Positions 56,279-64,000 of a stretch of DNA of 64,000 nt are shown in pieces; the stretch's first letter is position 1, and each line of letters begins with the position of its first letter. The stretch is taken from the NCBI GenBank assembly GCA_029260905.1, contig JAJDCH010000002.1:15546-79545 (forward strand). The letters are read 5' to 3'. This stretch comes from Candidatus Levyibacteriota bacterium. Its GTDB lineage: Bacteria > Patescibacteriota > Microgenomatia > Levybacterales > UBA12049. The translations under genes were made by a program, and so were the position numbers. The notes under the pieces were generated by a model. It did not search any database and was not told the DNA's origin. It saw nothing but the letters and a program-made list of their open reading frames with translations.

Positions 56279-57940
56279 TTACTCCTTGTCTCTTCCGATA
56301 AGTTCGTTGGTACGACCCAAGACCTCTCTCCAATTACCCATTCTCTGAAGCATCAAGACGTAGCTTTTTGCTTCTTTGACGTCAAAGAACCAGGTCAGGA
56401 AAAGATAGATTGAAAGTCCTGCAAGGGATGAGATACCAGTTAGGATCAAGAGATTTAATGTGCGTGTTGTATCAAAAACAAGCTGATCGAGAAGTTTTAT
56501 TGGTATGTAGAGCGCAAATGCTGTGAAGAATGATGCAGTTGCGATCTTAATCCATGATATGAAAAGGCTTGGAAGATGAAAACCCTTTGTTGTTTTATTG
56601 AGAAGAACAAGAAGAAGTATCAATTGTGAAATTCCTGCAATTGAATATGCCGCAGCTATGCTTTCTATTCCAAGCTGCATGGGAACAACAAAAATGTAGC
56701 CAAGCCCAAGCATGAAAAGCGTGCCAAGAACACCTGTGATAAGTGGGGTTTTGGTATCATGCAATGCGTAAAACGCACGGTAAGTAAGGGCAATAAGCGC
56801 TTGTGCAAAAATTGAAAGAGAGAAGAAGGCAAGCGTGTGGCCTGTAAGAACGGTTGCCTCCCAGGTAAGTTTGGGCGCTCCAAAAATTAGTCTGACAACA
56901 GGAATTCTAAGAACCAAAATCAAAACAGAAATAGGAAGAATAAGATAAAGCATCTGATTAAAACTAAGTATAAAAGTTGATTTAAAACTTTCAAGATTAT
57001 CTTTTTCTCGAGCCAATACAGGAAATGCTGCCTGGGCAATTGCTTGACCGATTAGCGCAACTGGTGCCCACGCAATTGTTTGAGCAAGATCGAAAATAAG
57101 GTAATTTGTTCCAGCTGATGGAAGAAAGGAAACAAGTGAGACAATAAGAATTGTGCCAGCCTGAAAAACAGCATTGGCAATTGTTCTTGGCCACATAAGA
57201 TGGGTTATTATCCGTAAGCCTTTATTTTTCAGATCAAAAATTGGTTTGTAGCTAAAGCCAATTTTTTTGACCATTGGGATTTGAAGGGAAATAAAAAGTA
57301 CAGCTCCAAATATAGTGCCAACCGCGCCTGAATAAATTCCGATAAAAGGAGAAAGAGTCACAAGGCCGACTATAATTCCAAGGTTATAAAGTGCTAACGC
57401 AAAACCAGGAATAAAAAAATGGTTGTATGATTGAAGGAGTGCCGTAAAAAACATCCCAATAACTAGAAGGAATTGTCCGATGATTATTATCCTGACAAGA
57501 TTTGTCATCAGTTGCATGTCAGCTGGTGTAAATCCACCACCAGGATTAAAGATAGTTAGAAAATATGGAGCAAAAATTAGAAGGATTATAGAAATTAATG
57601 AAAAGGCAGCTAGGCCAATTGTAAAGAGATTTGAGGCAATTCTATGTGCTTCCTGCTCTTTGTCTTTTGCTAGATAGCTTGAAAAAACAGGAATGAAAGC
57701 ACTTGATAAAGCCGATGCGATAATAAGCTGAAAAATAAAATCAGGAAGTTTATATGCAACATCATAGACACCAATTATATTTGATGTCCCAAAAAGAGAA
57801 ATAAGAATACGTTTCTTAAATACTCCAAGGAGTTGCGATAAGACAACTGTTGTCATGATGACAAATGCAGCAGACAGGATGTTGTTTTGTCTTCTTGTCA
57901 GAAGATCAAAGCTTTTTGATAAGAAATTGTTTTTTGTCAT
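56279..57940 (-). CDS. murJ: Lipid II flippase MurJ
   Basis: 553 aa with 14 predicted TM helices. The MurJ/MviN N-terminus ILSAAFVIMTTVVLSQLLG is present. Confidence 0.85.
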   Translation of the reverse strand: MTKNNFLSKSFDLLTRRQNNILSAAFVIMTTVVLSQLLGVFKKRILISLFGTSNIIGVYDVAYKLPDFIFQLIIASALSSAFIPVFSSYLAKDKEQEAHRIASNLFTIGLAAFSLISIILLIFAPYFLTIFNPGGGFTPADMQLMTNLVRIIIIGQFLLVIGMFFTALLQSYNHFFIPGFALALYNLGIIVGLVTLSPFIGIYSGAVGTIFGAVLFISLQIPMVKKIGFSYKPIFDLKNKGLRIITHLMWPRTIANAVFQAGTILIVSLVSFLPSAGTNYLIFDLAQTIAWAPVALIGQAIAQAAFPVLAREKDNLESFKSTFILSFNQMLYLILPISVLILVLRIPVVRLIFGAPKLTWEATVLTGHTLAFFSLSIFAQALIALTYRAFYALHDTKTPLITGVLGTLFMLGLGYIFVVPMQLGIESIAAAYSIAGISQLILLLVLLNKTTKGFHLPSLFISWIKIATASFFTAFALYIPIKLLDQLVFDTTRTLNLLILTGISSLAGLSIYLFLTWFFDVKEAKSYVLMLQRMGNWREVLGRTNELIGRDKE

Positions 57941-57971
57941 AATTGAATAATATTATGTAGCTTTGTGATGA

Positions 57972-58000
57972 TTGTCTTTTTAAGTATATCATGGTAAAAT
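57972..58000 (+). promoter_or_regulatory. Promoter TTGTCT-N17-TAAAAT ending 6 nt before the rpsT ATG, implying a leaderless or near-leaderless transcript
   Basis: Hexamers at 57972-57977 and 57995-58000. The ATG is at 58007. Confidence 0.4.
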
Positions 58001-58006
58001 ACCTCT

Positions 58007-58369
58007 ATGCCAATACTAAAACACGCAAAGAAAAAATTAAAACAAGATAAAAAAAGAACTGAAAGAAATAAGCTGGTGAAAGTAGCTTTTAAAAAAGCTG
58101 TTAAAAAAGCACGCGAAACAAAAACCCCAAAGAGTCTTAGCGAGGCATTTAAGGCAATTGACAAGGCAGCAAAGGCAAACATCTTTCATAAAAATAGAGC
58201 AGCAAGAATCAAATCATCTCTTTCAAAATTAGTCGGAAAATCAGCACCAGTTGCAAAAAAAACAGTTCCCGTAACTAAAACAGAAAAAGCAAAGCCTGTC
58301 TCCAAAACAAAAACCGCAAAGATAAAAACTCCTACGAAGAAGAAAGCCTCTCCTAAAAAATCAAAATAA
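58007..58369 (+). CDS. rpsT: 30S ribosomal protein S20 with a K-rich C-terminal extension
   Basis: S20 helical N-terminal region, followed by a lysine-rich tail. Confidence 0.85.
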   Translation: MPILKHAKKKLKQDKKRTERNKLVKVAFKKAVKKARETKTPKSLSEAFKAIDKAAKANIFHKNRAARIKSSLSKLVGKSAPVAKKTVPVTKTEKAKPVSKTKTAKIKTPTKKKASPKKSK

Positions 58370-58422
58370 TCCCCCTTTTTAATACTTTATACTTAATACC
58401 AAATACTTTATACTACTAACGT

Positions 58423-59679
58423 ATGTTTGACATTAAACTAATCCGCGACAATCCTGAGCAAATTCAAAAATCTGCAAAAGATAAGAGAATTGATATTGAT
58501 GTAAAAAAGATTCTTGAAATTGATAAAAAAGAATCTGAGCTTCAGAAAAAAGTTCAATCCCTTCAGGAGAAAAGAAACGCTTTTAATAAGGAAATAAAAG
58601 GCAAGCCGAGTGCTGAGCAGATCGAAAAAGGAAAAAAGATAAGAGAAGAGCTTGTAGCACTAGGGACAGAATTTAACAAAACAAAAGAAGAATTAAACGT
58701 ATTGCTTCTTCAGATTCCAAATCCAGCAAAACCTGATGTAAAGGCGGGAAAAGATGAGTCAGAAAATGATGTTATCCGAAAATGGGGAGAGATTCCTAGG
58801 TTTTCATTCAAACCAAAAGATCATCTAGGGCTTGGAGAGGCGCTTGGAATAATAAATATTGAAAAAGCAGCAAAGGTTTCTGGAACCCGCTTTGCATATC
58901 GGATGGGCGATATGGTTCTTTTGGAGTTGGCGCTTGTTCAGTATTCAATGGATTTTCTGGTCAAGGAAGGATTTATCCCAGTTATCCCACCTGTTCTTGT
59001 CAAAAGAGAGGTAATGCAAGGTCTTGGATATATGGAAAATGGTGGCGAAGAAGACATGTTTCAGTTGAAAGAAGATGGATTGTTTTTGGTCGGAACAGCA
59101 GAGCATTCACTTGTTCCGATGCATAAGGATGAGATTTTGGACATCAAAGACTTGCCAAGACGTTACGTAGGGTATTCGACATCATTTAGAAGAGAGGCTG
59201 GATCATATGGCAAAGATACAAGAGGAATTTTTCGCAATCACCAGTTCAATAAAGTTGAAATGGTTTCATTTGTCGCTGCAGGCGAGGATGACCATGAAAA
59301 TGATTATTTATTGGGACTTGAAGAAAAGATGTTCCAGGAGCTTGAGATTCCCTACCAGGTAATAAAAATGTGTACAGGAGATCTTGGTTTTCCAGCAGCC
59401 CGTAAATATGATATCGAGGCATGGATGCCAGGGCAAGAAAAATATCGCGAAGTTACATCTGTTTCAACTGTTACAGATTTTCAGTCAAGGCGTCTGAACA
59501 TGAAGTATCAAGATGGATCTGAGAAAAAATATTTGCAGGTTTTAAATGGTACAGCTTTTGCAATGTCTAGAACTCCAATTGCGATTCTCGAAAATTATCA
59601 GCAGGAAGATGGCTCAATTGTGATTCCTGAAATTTTGAGAAAATATATGAACAAAGAAAAGATCAGTAATATGAAGTAG
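58423..59679 (+). CDS. serS: Serine--tRNA ligase
   Basis: N-terminal coiled coil and class II aaRS motifs. Confidence 0.95.
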   Translation: MFDIKLIRDNPEQIQKSAKDKRIDIDVKKILEIDKKESELQKKVQSLQEKRNAFNKEIKGKPSAEQIEKGKKIREELVALGTEFNKTKEELNVLLLQIPNPAKPDVKAGKDESENDVIRKWGEIPRFSFKPKDHLGLGEALGIINIEKAAKVSGTRFAYRMGDMVLLELALVQYSMDFLVKEGFIPVIPPVLVKREVMQGLGYMENGGEEDMFQLKEDGLFLVGTAEHSLVPMHKDEILDIKDLPRRYVGYSTSFRREAGSYGKDTRGIFRNHQFNKVEMVSFVAAGEDDHENDYLLGLEEKMFQELEIPYQVIKMCTGDLGFPAARKYDIEAWMPGQEKYREVTSVSTVTDFQSRRLNMKYQDGSEKKYLQVLNGTAFAMSRTPIAILENYQQEDGSIVIPEILRKYMNKEKISNMK

Positions 59680-59842
59680 ACATTAAGAAATGTTTGTGTG
59701 ATTTTTGGCTCCAGATCAATCTAAATCCTCATTTTTGAAGCAGGAAGAATTCTTGACAAGTATTTAATAAAAGAGAGAATATTAAATTGGATTAAGACCC
59801 TCCTATGCATAAAGCCCAGGAGGGCAAAGGGGGTGATTCTCC

Positions 59843-59884
59843 ATGCCAGCAAAGAAAAAAGCCAAAAAAGCTAAAAAAAAGTAA
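59843..59884 (+). CDS. Candidate Lys-rich mini-ORF (MPAKKKAKKAKKK) with a strong Shine-Dalgarno, in the serS-secA intergenic leader-like region
   Basis: AGGGGGTGA SD ends 9 nt upstream of the ATG. 13 codons, 8 of them Lys (AAA/AAG runs). It is followed by an 18-bp palindrome and an intrinsic terminator. Confidence 0.3.
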   Translation: MPAKKKAKKAKKK

Positions 59885-59919
59885 CTTAATAAATATAAAG
59901 CACCAATTGATCAATTGGT

Positions 59920-59955
59920 AAAACCCCTTTTCAGGAATGATGAGGGGTTTTTTTT
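59920..59955 (+). terminator. Rho-independent terminator (AAAACCCCT ... AGGGGTTTT stem plus a T8 run)
   Basis: 9-bp stem with a CCCC/GGGG core and a 14-nt loop, followed by TTTTTTTT at 59948-59955. Confidence 0.6.
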
Positions 59956-60009
59956 GAACCTGAAATGTGCTAGTATGAGATGCAATTGTAATTTTTTACA
60001 GTCAGTAAT

Positions 60010-62775
60010 ATGTTAGGAGTATTAAATAGATTATTTGATAGTAACAACCGTGAGATATCCAAACTTCAGCCAATTGTTGATGAGATAGAGTCTTTTTCAA
60101 AAAAGTTTGAGAAACTGAATGACAGTGATTTCCCCAAAAAAACAGAAGAGTTTAAGAAGAGAATAGCAAAAGGGGAAGATCTGTTTTTGGTTTTACCTGA
60201 AGCTTTTGCATTGACTCGTGAAGCGGCAAGAAGAACCCTTGGGCTTTATCACTATGAAGTTCAACTTATGTCTGCAATAGTTCTTGCTCAAGGTAGAATC
60301 TCTGAACAGAAAACAGGAGAAGGAAAAACTTTATCAGCAGTTCCAGCACTTTATTTACATAGTTTAACAGGAAAAAGCGTTCATCTTGTCACAGTCAATG
60401 ACTACCTAGCACGTCGTGATGCGGGGTGGATGGGTCCTGTTTTTGAACTTTTAGGAGTCAGTGTTTCATCAATAATTAGTGAGCGTTCTTTTATTTATGA
60501 TTCAAAGTTTAAGCAGGAAGATGCATCAGAATATCGTCTTTTACATCTAAAACCAGTAAGTAGAAAAGAAGCATATGATGCTGATGTTGTTTATGGAATT
60601 AACTCTGAGTTTGGTTTTGATTATCTTCGGGATAATATGGCTCAAGACATAAATAGGGTTGCTCAAAGAGGCTATCATTTTGCAATAGTTGACGAAGTAG
60701 ACTCAGTACTTATTGATGAGGCTAGAACGCCGCACATTATTTCTGCACCTGATGAATCTCCTTCTGCCAAATATTTTGAGTATGCAAAGGTCGTTGATAA
60801 GCTAACCCCAGATGTTGATTATAAAATTGATGAAAAGCTAAGAACAGCCCATCTTACAGATCATGGAATAGGAAAAATTGAAAAGCTTTATGGAATCAAT
60901 GATATTTATGAAAAAGATTTTGATACTGTATATCATCTTGAAGCAGCACTGAAGGCGCGTACTCTTTTTAGAAAAGAAAAAGATTATATAGTTAAGGACA
61001 ACCAGGTTATACTCGTTGATGAATTCACAGGACGTTTGATGGAGGGTAGAAGGCTTTCTGATGGAATCCATCAAGCAATTGAAGCGAAAGAAAATGTAAC
61101 TATTCAAAAAGAATCAAAAACACTAGCAACTGTTTCTCTTCAGAATTATTTTAGAATGTATGATGTTCTTGCAGGCATGACAGGAACTGCTGTGACAGAA
61201 GCGCAGGAGTTCAAAAAGATTTATGATCTTGATGTTGTTGTTATTCCAACCAATAATCCGGTTAAGCGTGAAGATTTTCCTGATGCAGTTTACAAAACAG
61301 GCAGAGGTAAGTTGTCAGCAGTTGTAGCTGAAATTGAAAAAGCTCATAAAAAAGGACAACCTGTACTGGTGGGCACTACATCAATTGAGAAAAACGAAAT
61401 AATCGGTCAATCTCTCAAAAGACGAGGGATAAAATTTGAACTTCTTAATGCCAAAAATCATTTGAGAGAGGCTGAAATTATCTCCCAGGCTGGAAGAAGG
61501 GGTGCAATTACTGTTGCGACTAACATGGCAGGAAGAGGAGTTGATATAGTTCTTGGAGGTGAGACACTAAAGAAAAAAGATGGTACTGTAAATAAAAGCT
61601 CAGCTGAGTATAAAAAATGGCAAAAAGAACATGATGAAGTGATAGGGCTTGGTGGGTTATATGTTATAGGAACAGAAAGACATGAATCAAGAAGAATTGA
61701 TAATCAGCTAAGGGGAAGATCGGGTAGGCAAGGGGATCCTGGCGCATCAAAATTTTTTGTATCACTTGATGATGAGATAATGAGACTTTTTGGCGGGGAC
61801 AGGATAGCAGGTCTTATGAGTAGATTTAATATGCCTGAGGATGTACCGCTTGAACACGGACTGGTCTCTAAATCAATTGAAAATGCGCAAACAAAAGTTG
61901 AGGGATTTTATTTTGATCAGAGAAAACACGAAGTTGAGTATGATGATGTGCTGAATAAGCAAAGAGAGATTATTTACTCGCTCAGAAGAAAAGCGCTTGA
62001 ATCAACAATTGATGGTGGGTCAAAATTAAAAGAGGAAATACTTGATAGGTTGCACGATCAAATATCAGATTTTGTTAATATGATACCTGCTGATGTAGCC
62101 ACAAGAACAGGAGGCGCTGATTCTGTAAATGAAAAAATTATTGAAAATTTTGTTGCTATAGTTCCATTTGATCCAGCATCCCAAAAGCAACTGGTAAAAC
62201 AGCTGGAGCAGATTCATACAACAGATGAAAAAAAGGAGTTTCTCGATAAGCTGATTGATGATTTGTATAAAAAACGGGAACAGGATTTGACAGAAAAAGT
62301 AATGCGACAGATTGAGAAATTTGTAATGTTAACAGTAATTGATAATCTCTGGATGAATCATCTGGATGCTATGACAAACCTTAGGGGAGGCATAGGGCTT
62401 CGTGGATATGCACAGAAAGATCCGTTGGTTGAGTATAAAAATGATGGATTTAGCATGTTTGAGAAATTAATGGCAAGTATAAATGACGAGATTGTCAGGA
62501 GAATCTTTAGGGTACAAGTGCAAGAACAGACTCACACACACGCTGATGGATCAGTTCACACAGGGCCTATGCATTCTCCCACAGATTTAGGAAAAGCTGC
62601 TTCGCCTCTTGCAAATGCAGTTACAAATACGCCAGCAAGTGAGGTTTCAGAAGATGTCAAAAAGCCTGTTATTTCGGCTAAAAAAACGCAAAATAAATTA
62701 AGCCGAAATGACCCATGTTGGTGCGGCTCGGGAAAGAAATGGAAGAAATGCCATTATCCGGCAACTGGTGAGTAA
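60010..62775 (+). CDS. secA: Preprotein translocase ATPase SecA
   Basis: DEAD-like motor domains, a preprotein cross-linking domain and a C-terminal zinc-binding tail (CWCGSGKKWKKCH). Confidence 0.95.
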   Translation: MLGVLNRLFDSNNREISKLQPIVDEIESFSKKFEKLNDSDFPKKTEEFKKRIAKGEDLFLVLPEAFALTREAARRTLGLYHYEVQLMSAIVLAQGRISEQKTGEGKTLSAVPALYLHSLTGKSVHLVTVNDYLARRDAGWMGPVFELLGVSVSSIISERSFIYDSKFKQEDASEYRLLHLKPVSRKEAYDADVVYGINSEFGFDYLRDNMAQDINRVAQRGYHFAIVDEVDSVLIDEARTPHIISAPDESPSAKYFEYAKVVDKLTPDVDYKIDEKLRTAHLTDHGIGKIEKLYGINDIYEKDFDTVYHLEAALKARTLFRKEKDYIVKDNQVILVDEFTGRLMEGRRLSDGIHQAIEAKENVTIQKESKTLATVSLQNYFRMYDVLAGMTGTAVTEAQEFKKIYDLDVVVIPTNNPVKREDFPDAVYKTGRGKLSAVVAEIEKAHKKGQPVLVGTTSIEKNEIIGQSLKRRGIKFELLNAKNHLREAEIISQAGRRGAITVATNMAGRGVDIVLGGETLKKKDGTVNKSSAEYKKWQKEHDEVIGLGGLYVIGTERHESRRIDNQLRGRSGRQGDPGASKFFVSLDDEIMRLFGGDRIAGLMSRFNMPEDVPLEHGLVSKSIENAQTKVEGFYFDQRKHEVEYDDVLNKQREIIYSLRRKALESTIDGGSKLKEEILDRLHDQISDFVNMIPADVATRTGGADSVNEKIIENFVAIVPFDPASQKQLVKQLEQIHTTDEKKEFLDKLIDDLYKKREQDLTEKVMRQIEKFVMLTVIDNLWMNHLDAMTNLRGGIGLRGYAQKDPLVEYKNDGFSMFEKLMASINDEIVRRIFRVQVQEQTHTHADGSVHTGPMHSPTDLGKAASPLANAVTNTPASEVSEDVKKPVISAKKTQNKLSRNDPCWCGSGKKWKKCHYPATGE

Positions 62776-62899
62776 GTTTCTAATTTTTTGCTAAAAAGGT
62801 AAATGATTAAAGCATATCTGACCCAGTTTGTTGTTTTAGATTATTTTTTCTGATTTCCCCTGTTGCAATTTCTGATGTTTTATTTTAAAATTCTGGTTA

Positions 62900-63643
62900 A
62901 TGGAATTGATAGTTATACTGTTTGTCCTCCTTGTTCTACTTGCCTCAATTAAACAAATCAATGAATATCAAAGGGGTATCAAATTTTCATTTGGAAGATA
63001 TAGTGGCATGATGAATCCAGGATGGAGGATTGTTCTTCCAATAATTCAATCTTATCAGAAGGTTGACATCAGAACCAAAGCGGTTGATGTACCTGATCAG
63101 GAGGCAATTACCAAAGATAATGTTTCAGCAAGCATCTCTGCAGTTATTTATTATAAAGTAGTGGATGCGTCAAAGGCGGTTTTGGAGGTGGAGAATTATT
63201 TTCAGGCAGTTCATCAGCTTGCTCAGACAACTATGAGAAATGTGGTAGGTGAGGTAGATCTTGATTCTCTTCTTGCAAATCGTGATGCTGTTGCTGAACG
63301 GATAAGAGACATTGTCAAAAAAACAACAGATGATTGGGGAATTGAGGTTATATCGGTTGAGCTGAAAGACATTATACTTCCAGATAGCATGAAGAGAACC
63401 ATGGCCAAGCAGGCAGAAGCAGAGCGAGAAAAACGCGCAACAATTATTAACTCAGAAGGGGAAGTGATAGCTGCGAGTAATCTTTCAAAAGCTGCCAAGC
63501 TGATGAGTAATTCACCAGGTGCGCTTCATCTGAGAACTCTTAATTCAATAAATGATATTTCATCAGATCAGTCAAATACAATTGTTTTTGCGACACCGAT
63601 TGAAGTTCTAAAAGCCCTTGAGGGATTCACTAAAAAGAAGTGA
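62900..63643 (+). CDS. SPFH/band-7 (stomatin-like) membrane protein
   Basis: N-terminal TM helix, an SPFH domain and a charged helical C-terminus (AEAEREKRA). Confidence 0.8.
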   Translation: MELIVILFVLLVLLASIKQINEYQRGIKFSFGRYSGMMNPGWRIVLPIIQSYQKVDIRTKAVDVPDQEAITKDNVSASISAVIYYKVVDASKAVLEVENYFQAVHQLAQTTMRNVVGEVDLDSLLANRDAVAERIRDIVKKTTDDWGIEVISVELKDIILPDSMKRTMAKQAEAEREKRATIINSEGEVIAASNLSKAAKLMSNSPGALHLRTLNSINDISSDQSNTIVFATPIEVLKALEGFTKKK

Positions 63644-64000
63644 TTATTTTTTATTGAGGGTTTTTATTATTTGTGATATTATGGCGTGATTTTTGGTCAG
63701 CGCCCCGTTTTTTCGGATTAACAAACCGTATTCCCGTATCCATTTGACGGGTGTTTTTTGGACTCTTAAAATTTTTTGTTTAAGTTCAGATCTTATATAA
63801 TTCTTTGGAAGAAGCGTAACCCCTGTTCCAAGTATTGCTAGTTCTTTCATGAAAGTAACACTTGTTGATTGAGCAATTATATTTGGATTTATGTGTTTTT
63901 TTATAAAATTAAGATCAATTTGTGCTCTAGTTTTTGATCCTGTTGCATAGAGAATAAAAGGAATCTTATCAAGATTATTTTTAAAATTTGTTGATGAAAC
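63644..64000 (-). CDS. Partial CDS (C-terminal portion) of a LysR-type regulator substrate-binding domain. It runs off the window edge.
   Basis: The frame stays open to position 64000. The C-terminal pattern ELAILGTGVTLLPKNYIRSEL...GLLIRKNGALTKNHAII resembles LysR substrate-binding domain ends. Confidence 0.4.
   Translation of the reverse strand, partial: VSSTNFKNNLDKIPFILYATGSKTRAQIDLNFIKKHINPNIIAQSTSVTFMKELAILGTGVTLLPKNYIRSELKQKILRVQKTPVKWIREYGLLIRKNGALTKNHAIISQIIKTLNKK

Overview
This 64 kb window is AT-rich and gene-dense, and on sequence evidence most likely comes from a Patescibacteria/CPR-type genome (inference from reduced housekeeping proteins: RpoB is 1135 aa, IF2 is 491 aa and lacks the N-terminal domains, AlaRS is 615 aa and lacks the C-terminal domain, DnaJ has no zinc finger; plus sortase and pilin-like genes). 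The standard genetic code appears to be in use. No rRNA, tRNA, CRISPR array or transposase/integrase was found.

Gene order, on the + strand unless marked (-):
- A Cys-rich pilin-like protein (-), then the hrcA-grpE-dnaK-dnaJ operon.
- An accessory cluster: a VirB2/TrbC-like two-helix pilin, an 831-aa polytopic membrane protein, a Clp-family AAA+ ATPase (1167 aa) without the ClpB middle (M) domain, a small membrane protein, and a membrane-anchored Clp-like ATPase with a degenerate first nucleotide-binding domain.
- A hypothetical (-), nusA, infB, a DHH-like protein, a hypothetical, rpsO and pnp.
- A Lon-like AAA+ ATPase with no protease domain, RNase J, two hypotheticals (one 821 aa and acidic) and ftsK.
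- A rodZ-like gene, a DUF948-like/YtxH-like pair, mltG (-), an AMP/thymidine phosphorylase family gene (-), a sortase with a co-transcribed 772-aa membrane protein (-), alaS (-), an L,D-transpeptidase, and a gene apparently frameshifted at a homopolymer (-).
- rpoB, rpoC, rpsL and rpsG; an asparaginase remnant (-), a cyclophilin (-), lepA, a PKD surface protein with a C-terminal LEPTG signal (-), and groES-groEL.
- murJ (-), rpsT, serS, secA, an SPFH protein and a partial LysR-like gene (-) at the window edge.

The most interesting region is 5636-14868. It has no VirB4, VirD4 or VirB11 ATPase. Its large membrane protein and the adjacent Clp ATPase share a clearly homologous C-terminal module of about 85 aa, which suggests a previously undescribed membrane apparatus coupled to Clp unfoldases. 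Several sigma70-type promoters, CIRCE-like HrcA operators in front of hrcA and groES, and a leader-like element upstream of secA (mini-ORF, palindrome, terminator) are visible directly in the sequence.
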